Shown: in pieces, positions 39,593 through 50,900 of the stretch
How positions within the stretch are numbered: position 1 is the stretch's first letter
Layout of the letters: every line of letters begins with the position of its first letter
Virus record (IMG/VR): IMGVR_UViG_3300044960_000029
Span: 4,643 to 68,642 of that record
Reading direction: 5' to 3' (one strand)
Length of the DNA stretch: 64,000 bases
Source of the DNA: a virus
Notes under the pieces: model-generated
Told to the model about the DNA's origin: nothing
What the model saw: the letters and a program-made list of their open reading frames with translations, nothing else
Databases searched by the model: none
Position numbers and translations under genes: made by a program

Positions 39593-41167
39593 TTAAGTAT
39601 TTAAAATAAATACGTCATTTCCACAATCCCAAATTCTATCATAACCATTGTTTTTCATATTTTCCCATTCTGTTAAATTTTCATTAAATGTTGTTAATAA
39701 ATTTTTTAATTTATGTTTTTGAAAATTTTGACGATTAAGTCTTATTAAATAATTAGATTTGTGCATATACCAATAGTTTGGTTGTGATGTATGTGATTTT
39801 TTAAAGCCATTTTTAATATAAACATCCCCAATACTATAACGCTTATCAGAATACGAAATAATGTTTTTAGGTTTATGTAATTTAATAAAATGTTTTAATA
39901 ATTTACTAAATCCTCCTATACATTTTGTATTTAATTTCGATGAAAATCTGGCTATTTCCCATTCATAATTTTTATTATAACGTGGTTTAACAAACGTAAT
40001 AACACATACTATTTCATCATTGTAATTTAGTCCATAACTTATATCGTATTTACATGTTCCTTGTATGTGTGTATTTTCTAAAAATATATCTGTTTCATTT
40101 TTTCCTAATTCAACAATTTTAGTATTTCTTGCATAAATTGTTTTATATAAATTCAATTTTGATTTAATCATTGATAAAACAATATCGTGTTTATATAATA
40201 CTTCATCTTCAAAAAAATTTAATAATGTAATACAATTTTCTAATGCAAAGTCTAGTTTATTTTTATGATAAAACTTATCTATTCCATTGAGTTCAGAATG
40301 CCAATAATTTCCATTTATTTCTATTCCTAATTTTTTATCTCTAACAAAAATATCTATTTCATATCTATTATCTAAAGGTTTTCGTACATCGAGTTCTATA
40401 GACAAATTTATTTTTTTTAATTCATCTGCTATTTTATTTTGTAATTGTGATCTACATTTAGGATAACATCTTGGACAAAAAATATGTTCATATGGTTGAA
40501 TATAAAATTCATATTTACATGTTAAGCATTTCCATAATAATTCTTTTTTATAATTATCATTTTTTATATAATCTGAAATTGAAAATAATGGTTCAATAAT
40601 ATTTGAATTTTTTAAGATAATATTTTCTATATATGTTTTTTTCTGTGTTTCAATTCTTTTTTTATTGAATTTTTTAACTTGTGATGGAATATTTGTTTTG
40701 ACACCATATTTTTTGAAAAATGTATTTTTAACTTTTTCTTTTATTTGATTATTATGAACAGGACAAACAACACCATATCTTTCTATATTTGTTTTATCTC
40801 TTTTCCATTTTATAAAATCTACCTGCCAAATACTGTTAACACCATATCTATTTTTTATTGTTTGTTTTTTCTTTTTTATTGTTTCTGGGTGTTTTTGCAT
40901 ACAACTTAAACAACAAAATGATTTAAGATATCCATCTTTAAATGATGAGAATATTTTTATAGGAGAATTACATGTTAAACATTTTTTGGGATAATCATCA
41001 AGATCATTAATTAACCAATATAATTTCTCAACTATATTATTTGATGGGCATTTTGATAATTGTTTAATAATGTCAATTGTTTCTTTATCTAAAGAACGCA
41101 ACTTTGATGCACTTACATTATTATTTTTATCTAAAACCTTTGATAATATTTTTTCTTTAATATTCAT
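39593..41167 (-). CDS. homing endonuclease-like protein, same nuclease+GNAT-like family
   Basis: 'YEIDIFVRDKKLGIEINGNYWH', 'WEIARF', 'YSDKRYS', 'RIWDCGN'; inserted antisense between gp25- and gp6-like genes. Confidence 0.75.
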   Translation of the reverse strand: MNIKEKILSKVLDKNNNVSASKLRSLDKETIDIIKQLSKCPSNNIVEKLYWLINDLDDYPKKCLTCNSPIKIFSSFKDGYLKSFCCLSCMQKHPETIKKKKQTIKNRYGVNSIWQVDFIKWKRDKTNIERYGVVCPVHNNQIKEKVKNTFFKKYGVKTNIPSQVKKFNKKRIETQKKTYIENIILKNSNIIEPLFSISDYIKNDNYKKELLWKCLTCKYEFYIQPYEHIFCPRCYPKCRSQLQNKIADELKKINLSIELDVRKPLDNRYEIDIFVRDKKLGIEINGNYWHSELNGIDKFYHKNKLDFALENCITLLNFFEDEVLYKHDIVLSMIKSKLNLYKTIYARNTKIVELGKNETDIFLENTHIQGTCKYDISYGLNYNDEIVCVITFVKPRYNKNYEWEIARFSSKLNTKCIGGFSKLLKHFIKLHKPKNIISYSDKRYSIGDVYIKNGFKKSHTSQPNYWYMHKSNYLIRLNRQNFQKHKLKNLLTTFNENLTEWENMKNNGYDRIWDCGNDVFILNT

Positions 41168-41252
41168 TTTTAAATAGGAAAATTTTAATGATTACATATG
41201 TATATATACATTACTACATAAAATATGCTAAATAACTTTCTAAAGATAAATC

Positions 41253-41260
41253 TATAAATA
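41253..41260 (+). promoter_or_regulatory. T4-type late promoter
   Basis: TATAAATA ~34 nt upstream of the gp6-like gene. Confidence 0.7.
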
Positions 41261-41293
41261 ATAAAGTAATTATTTTTTTAAAAAATAAAAATT

Positions 41294-44200
41294 ATGGCAT
41301 TAAGAAACGTTTATTCAGCAGAAACATGGGAAAAAATTTATAATTCTTTTGAAAAAGTCAATTTTGCTTCCTATGATTACGATACAATAAAAGAGTCTCT
41401 TTTACAATATATTAAATTATATTATCCGGAACAATTTAATGACTATATAGAGAGTTCAGAATTCATAGCAATTCTAGAAATGTTCTCTTATATTGCTGAA
41501 CAATTGGCTTATCGTATAGATTTAATGAGTCATGAAAATTTTATTACAACTGCACAAAGAAAACAAAATATTTTACGTCTAGCTAGATTAATATCTTATA
41601 AAGCGACACGTAATGTCCCAGCTAGAGGACTAATGAAAATTACTAGTATTACTACATCAGAACAAATTATAGATTCACAAGGAAATAATTTAAGTAATTT
41701 TACTGTAACCTGGAATGATCCAAATAATCCATTATGGAAAGAACAATTCTTTTTAATAATGAATAGGGTTTTAACCGGTAAATTTGGACAGCCACAAAAA
41801 TCTTTTCAAATTGGTGACGTTTTGATGCAATTATATACATTTAATAACAATCTAACATCATTTAAAAATGGTGTATCTCCATTTATTGCGAATACTGGTA
41901 TAGAAACATTTAATATGGAAATAGTACCATCTGATTTGGATGAAAATGGACCATTTGAAAGGATGCCTGATATTAATTCACAGATGTCTATAATTTATTC
42001 TGATGATGGTATTGGTGATGGTTCAGATTATACAGGATTTTTAATGTTCGTTAAACAAGGAACTTTAAGTAGAATAGAATATGATATTAAAGATCCTATA
42101 CCTAATAGAACATTAGAATTAACACCTATTAATATCAACAGAACAGACGTATGGATTAATAGAGTTGATAATGATGGTAATATATTAGAACGTTGGGAAG
42201 AAGTTGAAACTGTTAATGAACAAAATTTATTTTTTAATACAAATAAAAATAGGAAAAAATATGAAATTGAATCATTAGAAAATGACAGAATAAAAATTAT
42301 TTTTGGGGATGGTGATTTCTCAGATATACCAATTGGAAAATTTTATATTTGGATAAGACAATCTGCTAATAGAAGTATAGTCATTCAAAAGAATAAAGTT
42401 ACAAACGTTCCTGTTACATTTTCATATACATCTTCATTAGGAACGACAGAAATTTGCACTCTAACTACAGCATTAACATCAACAATACAGAATTCTTCAC
42501 CAACAGAAACAATTGATCATATTCGTCAAGTTGCACCAACAACATACTATGCCCAAAATAGAATGGTCAATGCACAAGATTATAATACATATATGTTGAA
42601 GGATTCTAGTATTCTTAAACTTAATACTATCAATAGAACATTTGCAGGTCAACCAAAATATATTGACTGGAATGATGCATCTGGGCAATATGAAAATATT
42701 AAATTATTTGGTGATGATCTTCAATTATATTATACATCAACAATAAACACAATAAGTTCAACGATTTCATCTAGAAGTTTAATAGATAAAGTTATTGAAC
42801 CATTATTATCACAGTCTGGAATAATAAATTTATTAATTCACATTTCATCTGCTACACCAATTACAGAAAATGTTATTAGTTTACCAAGACGTAAATTTAT
42901 AGAAGACAATAGCATTTCTATGGCTCCTAGTGACATATATAGAATGGGTGAAATAGAAACACATCTTGAAAAATCATTAATACAAGGAATGTTAGATAGA
43001 CATTGGTATGGTGAACCATTAGAATATGTTGATATAGGTGGTATAATACATGCAAAAGTAACACCTTTTAGTATTGGTGGTAACCTTCCTGATGATGGTC
43101 GTATTTACCCTGATACAATGCCTAGAACTTATGATGGAATTAATTCTTTAGGTGATTCTGGATCTGGTCTTCAAACTATTTCAGCACAAGACAAATTTGG
43201 TTTAAAATATTCAAAAACAAAAACAACTTTAGGAAACGGATCAATAACACCACCAGTTTTAATAACAAATCCACAATTACAACCAGGTACACCAAATGGA
43301 ATTGTTGAAACATGGACATTAGAATTTTCATCAGATGCTACAACAATATTTGTAACATCAAGTCTACGCGGATCATTTCCAAATGCTGTTGTTGGAGTTC
43401 CATATTTAACAACAAATAATGAAGCACCAATAGATTTTACAATAACTAATGGAAGTACACCATTTATAGCTGGTGATGCATTCGTATTAGATGTTAATTA
43501 TACTGCTCCTAATACTTTTAGTATTTCTACAAGAGCTGGTTATCCTTTAAATCTTTATGGTAAATGGGATATTATTAATGGTGTTACATTAACAAATTCA
43601 AATACTGTAAATCCAAATACATTAGAATATGACCCAAGCGATTCTGCTGCGTCATGGATTATTTGGATAGAAGCAATTAAAGATGGATTTGGTGATATTA
43701 TAGGATTTAATGTTCACCATAGGGATATGAAATTAATATGCTATAGCCAAAACACAAAATTTTGGTATAATACAGTTGAACAAATAATTGATTCTCAAAC
43801 TAAAAATCCAGTTTATGATAAAATAAAAATATTACGTTCGAATTTGACAACGTTAGGCGTTCCTCTCGGTCATAATGAAAATTATGATGTTATTGGACCA
43901 GTTAAAGATCAAAATGGTGAAACAGATGTTCATTCATTAGAAATTATACCAGCAGATATTCTTAATAAAACTGTATTAAGCGGTGATGGAATTCCAGATA
44001 ATATTCTTCAGTTTGAAATGTTTGCTAAAAATTCTTATGAATACTTCAAATTAGATGATCCAGACACTATTTATACTATTCAAAATTCATATTATAATGA
44101 AACTCCAGATAGGGTAATTTTAATAGATGGATCGTCAACAATTTGGGTTAGATTTAACGAAGGTAGTTTTGTTTCTACGCAAATATCATTTAATAATGGT

Positions 44201-44893
44201 GTTACATGGATTAATAAAAATGATCCAAATTATGTGGCTTTTGGAAGACGATTAATTTATAAAGGTGTTGATAATGAGGGATTAGATTTTATGTGGCAAC
44301 ATTTTGCACCACATACAAATATGATTGATCCTTCAGTTACAAATATTCATGATGCATTTATAATTACGAGAGGATATTATGATAATATGATGGATTATGT
44401 CAAAGGTTTAACAAATATTGCTCCTACACCTCCAACACCATTAGAGTTAAGAAATACATATGGATATTTACTTAAAAATAAAATGATTTCAGACACGGTT
44501 GTTATGCATTCTGGTAAAATTAAACTATTATTTGGTAGTTTAGCAGAGCCTCAATTAAGAGCTAAATTTAGAGTTGTTAAGGCACCAACAGCCACATTTA
44601 CTGATGAAAGAATTAAAAATGAAATTTTAGAAGTTATTAATAATTATTTTGCTATTGATAATTGGGATTTTGGAGTAGAATTTTTTGCAACAGAGCTATT
44701 GGGATTGATACATCAAAGATTACCGACAGAAATATCTTCTGTAGTATTAGTTCCTGTTTATTCTATTAATTCATTTGGTTCATTGTTTAATGTAAAAGCA
44801 GGATTAGATGAAATATTGCAATCAGCTGCTAAATTAGAAGATATAGAAATAATTCCGGCATTAACACCGACTGCTATTAGACAAAAAATTTAA
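41294..44893 (+). CDS. baseplate wedge protein (gp6-like)
   Basis: 'FNDYIESSEF', 'ENFITTA', 'FGDGDF', 'AP..YYAQNRMVNAQDYN', 'WDFG..F'. Confidence 0.85.
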   Translation: MALRNVYSAETWEKIYNSFEKVNFASYDYDTIKESLLQYIKLYYPEQFNDYIESSEFIAILEMFSYIAEQLAYRIDLMSHENFITTAQRKQNILRLARLISYKATRNVPARGLMKITSITTSEQIIDSQGNNLSNFTVTWNDPNNPLWKEQFFLIMNRVLTGKFGQPQKSFQIGDVLMQLYTFNNNLTSFKNGVSPFIANTGIETFNMEIVPSDLDENGPFERMPDINSQMSIIYSDDGIGDGSDYTGFLMFVKQGTLSRIEYDIKDPIPNRTLELTPININRTDVWINRVDNDGNILERWEEVETVNEQNLFFNTNKNRKKYEIESLENDRIKIIFGDGDFSDIPIGKFYIWIRQSANRSIVIQKNKVTNVPVTFSYTSSLGTTEICTLTTALTSTIQNSSPTETIDHIRQVAPTTYYAQNRMVNAQDYNTYMLKDSSILKLNTINRTFAGQPKYIDWNDASGQYENIKLFGDDLQLYYTSTINTISSTISSRSLIDKVIEPLLSQSGIINLLIHISSATPITENVISLPRRKFIEDNSISMAPSDIYRMGEIETHLEKSLIQGMLDRHWYGEPLEYVDIGGIIHAKVTPFSIGGNLPDDGRIYPDTMPRTYDGINSLGDSGSGLQTISAQDKFGLKYSKTKTTLGNGSITPPVLITNPQLQPGTPNGIVETWTLEFSSDATTIFVTSSLRGSFPNAVVGVPYLTTNNEAPIDFTITNGSTPFIAGDAFVLDVNYTAPNTFSISTRAGYPLNLYGKWDIINGVTLTNSNTVNPNTLEYDPSDSAASWIIWIEAIKDGFGDIIGFNVHHRDMKLICYSQNTKFWYNTVEQIIDSQTKNPVYDKIKILRSNLTTLGVPLGHNENYDVIGPVKDQNGETDVHSLEIIPADILNKTVLSGDGIPDNILQFEMFAKNSYEYFKLDDPDTIYTIQNSYYNETPDRVILIDGSSTIWVRFNEGSFVSTQISFNNGVTWINKNDPNYVAFGRRLIYKGVDNEGLDFMWQHFAPHTNMIDPSVTNIHDAFIITRGYYDNMMDYVKGLTNIAPTPPTPLELRNTYGYLLKNKMISDTVVMHSGKIKLLFGSLAEPQLRAKFRVVKAPTATFTDERIKNEILEVINNYFAIDNWDFGVEFFATELLGLIHQRLPTEISSVVLVPVYSINSFGSLFNVKAGLDEILQSAAKLEDIEIIPALTPTAIRQKI

Positions 44894-44918
44894 TCATTTT
44901 TTCAAAAATTTGTTATTT

Positions 44919-44926
44919 TATAAATA
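44919..44926 (+). promoter_or_regulatory. T4-type late promoter
   Basis: TATAAATA upstream of the 2774-aa gene. Confidence 0.7.
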
Positions 44927-44953
44927 TTTAAATATAGAATAACTATTTTTTGT

Positions 44954-47900
44954 GTGAAAATGACAAAGGACTACGTTAAAAAATATTTAGATTTATCAAC
45001 TTTAATCCCAGAAAGATTAAAAAATAAAACAAATACCTCAATAATGAGGAATTTGTTTAATAGATTTTTAACAAAAGAAGAAACATTACCACTTTTTGGA
45101 TTTTCTGGAAAGAAAATAGTAAATCCAGATGATATACGACCATATATAGTATATTCATCTGTTGATAAAAAAATAAATTCTTTAATACCTACAATATATG
45201 CAAAAGTTGGTGCAGAAGAATTTGCATTCACATTTAGAGATATTTTAAATAAAGCTAAAATTTTAGGAATTAATACTGATAAATTTGATAGATGGGGTAG
45301 TGCACAAACATTTAATTTTTGTCCTCCAATCAATTTAGATAAATTTGCAAATTTTTATGAATATTATTGGGTCGCAAAAGCTTTACCAACTCCACCATCT
45401 ATTCCATGGAATCCAAACAATGATCCAGAATATTATGTAATACAGCCTGGTGCTGCAAATGATTGGTCTATTCATAATTATTGGGTTCATAAAGATGATC
45501 TTCCATCTTATCCAGGAGGTTTAGATTTATCTAAAGTAATTAGAGCAAATATTCCTATCATAGAATATGATAATGATTTAGAATTAAATAATGCATATGA
45601 TGTTAATGGTGATCCAACATATCCTGGAAATGGAATTTCATATACTCAGTCAAAAACACAATTTAATCAACTTCCACTTTTTAATTTATACAGATTAGAT
45701 GGAACGTTTAGCGGATTCGTTAGCTCTATATTTTACTATAAAGAAGATACATCTGCAGAAATTAATCAATTTCTTCAAAGAAGAATTGTTAGAGATATTA
45801 ATGCAGATTTTATTTTTTGTCAAGGTTTATTAGAAAATGGGTCCGATAGTAGAATTTTATTTTATAAAAAATCTGGAAATTTAAAAAGTATTTGGGTTCC
45901 AGGTCCATCTAGTGCTGTATCTACTACACCAATATATACGTGCTTTGGTAATGGAACAATAGTAGGTTTAACATCTGTTTCAAATGCTCCATCTGAATTT
46001 TGGACATTAGTTGCAAAATCACCTACGGTATTTTCAATATCTGGTACAAAATCTGGTGTTCAACCTGATGTTTATGTTAATGTTCCATATTCAAATGGTA
46101 TAATATCTTTTACACTTAGCTCTGGTTCAACACCATTTATAGTCGGTGATAAAATAACATTCAGGGTTATTAATAGAGAAATTCCGAGATATGTTTATGA
46201 GGATAATGATGGAAATGTTATAAATTTTCCAGGTGGTGCTGCTGCTGATGTCAATAAAGTCGGTACTTGGATTAATCCAAATCAATTAAAATTTAATCCA
46301 TTAAATGAAAATAGATTAGAAATTGGTCAAGGAGATTTAACAAATCATTTTAGGAGTATAATTGGTGCTCAGTTGAATTTCAATGGATCAAATTCTGGTC
46401 CTAATAATTATAGAAATATTCCACACAATCATGGATTAGGTGGAAATATAAAATATTTTAATAATGTATTTAATTTGTTTATTTCATTAATGCTACAAAA
46501 CGGGCTTAGCCCATTATCTATATTGAGTTTCGCTGAAAGTTCATATTTACAAGCAATAAATTCACTATATGAATATATAAATCAAAATTTATTTAAGTAC
46601 ATAACAGAAAAAGGAAATCCTACACCACCATTATTAGATCCTAATAGTGCCCCAATATTGTCATTATTTCAAGACTATGTAGATAGTATAAAAAATAGAT
46701 CAGATTTAAAATCAGTATTTTTTGATAGTACATCACCAATAACTAATTGGTGTCCAACTCTTCCACAATTAGGATTATTAAATGGCGTAGTACCAAAAAT
46801 AACATTTGATAATGAATTAGGAATATATGTATTAATTCATCATGATGGACATAGATCACCAATTTATCAACGAGATATAGAATTTGATAGAAAATTAACA
46901 AGATTGTCTGTAAAAAGATCAGATGGAAATGAAGTGCCTGGTGTATTTTCACCAACTGTTCCATCATTCCCATCATATAAAAATCAATTATGGTTTAATT
47001 CAACTAATGGAGAATTAAGATTATTTGCTGTTAAATCCGATACGACTGCTGCACCCCCAGGTATACCATCAATTGGTGATTTCTGGTTTGATACTGTAAA
47101 TTTAAGACGATGGAATGGATCAGCATGGATTATTCATACAAACGTAATTGATGCTTGGAAAATTGTTGATACTCAGCTTATAGTTAATAATTTATTACTA
47201 ACAGTAGAAACTATTTTATATAATGGAATTCCTAAAGATATTCCATTAAAAATTGATGTTGATAATACTATTATTACAAGTGCACCAGAATATATACCAA
47301 ACCAGGAATATGAATTAGCAGTATATGCTGCAAAGTACAAGTATGACATGTATGCACCGGATTATATATCAACAAATCCATTTACATGGAATTATAAATT
47401 TACTAATCCATCAGTTATATCTCCAACAAAATCATTATTAAATAGTGATCCTTCTATTAATGCGCGATGGTTTGATATTTATAAAAGACATTTTTCTTTG
47501 ATTCCTGGTTCTTTAGAAACATGTAGACCAAATTTAGAACCATGGAAATTAGTAGGTCAAAATACCAAACCTATAGATTGGGATACTGGTGCAATTTCTA
47601 TTGGTGGTCCAGGAACGCAATTTGCTTCAACTGTTTCATTACCAAATATTTCACCGCTTCAACCTGTTAATTATGTTTCCACATCAAATGTTAATTTATT
47701 AGCATTACCTAACGTTATTGATAATAATTTATTATCTATTAACGATAGAGTATTACTTGTTGGTCAAGTAAATCCAAAAGAAAATGGCATTTATACTGTT
47801 GTTTATCCGGGAACTGGATCTAACGGTATATGGACAAGATCAACTGACATGCAAACTGGAACAATTCCACCAATAGAAACAAATGTTGCTGTTTCTTCTG

Positions 47901-50900
47901 GTTATGAATGGAAAAATACTGTATGGGTATTAACAACAACTGGATTAGTTGGAACTGACGTATTAATCTTTGAACAATATAGATTATGGTCAGAAAATAT
48001 GTGGACGTGGATTAAATCACAAATTGGAACGTATGCACTTTGTGTCAATGTTCATACAGATGAATTATTACCTCCATATGTATCTCCAACAGAATTTACA
48101 TCTAATGAAAGTATTTTAACAACTTTACCTCCATCAACAGATGCACCATATTCTTTTGGTGATAATGGTCCTGTTGAAATAGTATGGAAAAAATCTTTAG
48201 AATATGCTTATGGAAAACATAGAACTAATTTTAAAATATCTCCAATTACATATTTAAATTTAACATGGAGAAACCCACATATTGTAATTAATAATTTAGC
48301 ATTAAATAGACAAATAGGTAAAAGAATATCTCATAAAAATTTCACATTACATGGTGAAGAAATAAAATCTCCATCAGAAAGAAATATTTTAACAAACGTT
48401 AGTGGATTAATAACATCAATAGCTAATAACATTGTTGAATTAAAATGTGTGTCATTATTAAGTACTGGTTCAATTTTTGAGATTTTTATTAATAATCAAT
48501 CAACAAATGAATTTATTGAGTGTAATGGACCAGCATATTCAAATGTAATTGGAAATATAACTTTTAATAATTTTTCTATTAAAGATTTAGGTATAGGTTT
48601 TGAAATAGATGATATTATAAAAATAGAATTAACACCATTAACAGCAAATTATTCATTTAAACCAGCATCAATTTATAAAATTTATGGCTTAGCACAATAT
48701 TATACACAATTATTAAGATATAATTCAACAGATGTCAATAATACATATAATGCTGTTATGTTTAGAGGTTGGGATGTTAAACTTGGAAATAGAATGGATG
48801 GATTAATACGAACGGATAACATAATAATAAAGTCTGATAAATATACATTTCCAGAAACGTCATTTAATGTCTTATTAAAAATCAACAAAAATACACGTGA
48901 TACGTGGTTGAATGCAATTCGTATACAATTAGTTCAAATTGGATATAATAAAATGGAAAGTGATGGTACAATTGTACCAGTTGATGAAGAAATTACAGAT
49001 ACATCCCACCCAAATTATAATAAAGATCATGGAAAAGATTGGGTATTTAGAATTGAACATTATAATTCAAAACATCCAATTATAAAATATTATAATTTGG
49101 ATACAAATGGTCCATATCAAACATTTAATGCACTTGATAAAGAACATACAAAAGCCGAATGGAAAATATACCAAAATAGTTTAGACGTAGTTGAACAAAC
49201 TGTACCATTTACAATAACAGGCATTCAAAATGTTGTGAATTTTTTATATGGATATGTAAAATTATTAGAAGAAGATGGTTGGAGATTTAATAATTCTGAT
49301 AAACCAGAAATAGATGAAGTAACAGGAAGAACAATTAATTGGCAATTAGAAATAGAAAAATTCATTGATGCGGTTTATTCAGGAATGTTAGTAGGTCAAG
49401 GTCATATTCTTAATCCATTTATTAATAAAGTGTGGTTTGAAACACCAACAGGAATAGTTTCATCATTACGTCAAAATAAATTTTCAGATATTTTGGTTGA
49501 TCCACTTATATTTGATATATTAGGTAATATTATTTCTATAAATGATATATCAATAACTCGTGAAGATGATATTACAGAAATAATATCAAAAATACCAATA
49601 TTTAGTCTACATATAACAGTAGATGAATATGAACATATAATTTTATTTGATAATTACATAGACAAAGCATATAGAAAAGGATTAATATTTGATCCATTTA
49701 TTGGAGCACATATTAGTAGAATTTTATTATCAGGACAAAAACAAATAATTAGAAGCATGCGTCCATCATTCGGTGGATACGTATTAAATGGTAATAAAAC
49801 AATTAAGAATTTAGAAACACATGTTTCAGAATTTGGTCAGTATTATGATGCTGAAAAAGTAACAAATAATGATATTAGTGCAAAATTTGCATTATCATTA
49901 TTAGGATATAATAAAAAGAAATATTTTGATTTATTAGATGTTTCAGATAAGTCACAATTTAATTTTTGGAGAGGATTAATTCAGGCTAAAGGAACAAACA
50001 CTGCTCTTGACGCATTTCTTAATTCTAAAAAATTTGAACAAGCATTTATAGATGAATATTGGGCATATAAAATAGCAGAATATGGTGATGCTAGAACTGT
50101 AACATATCCAGAATTAAAAATTCACCCATCTGATACTCAATTAAATGTTACAGGATTTCAATTTGAATCTCAAGACCCACAATATAATATTGATTCTGAA
50201 TTAATACCAGGATTTAAATTTATTGCAAAAAATGATGAAAATCGTTGGATGACACTAGATGATTTAGATAAACATCAATATTTTATAGCTGAGAAAACAG
50301 AAGAATTCAATATTAATATAATTTCAGCTGATACTATTTTTGAATTACCATTCTTTAGTGAAATGCAATTTGAAATACCAGCAATAAATTATTCTGGATT
50401 TGGAAATGGTGAAATTGAACTTAGACCTGTTCAAATAAGAAAAAGTATCGATTACAATAATGAATTACCAGAAATATGGACAATAACAGCAACGTCTGCT
50501 ACTACATTTAACATTACTGCACAAATTGGAATTTCACCACCAATAATTGTTGGAAATTTTAATATTGATGAATATTATTCTCCTACTAATTATGAACATA
50601 TCATTATAAAAATATCAAAAGGTACAGTACCATTTAATTCAGGAGATCAATTTACATTTAGCATTGGTTTATATAAAATCTTTAATAAAATAATTAAAGC
50701 TAAGATTGTTGGGAATTATAAAATTATTGGTATGAATCCAGCTAAACCAAAATTTAATCCAATTAAATTAATTGATTATAAAGAAAAAACGGTAATAACA
50801 GATATAGGAATATGGCATCCATTAATGGATGCGCATGAAACTTCAGCATTAGAATGTATTAATATAAAGGGAAATGTGGACCCAGCAAAATATAATTATT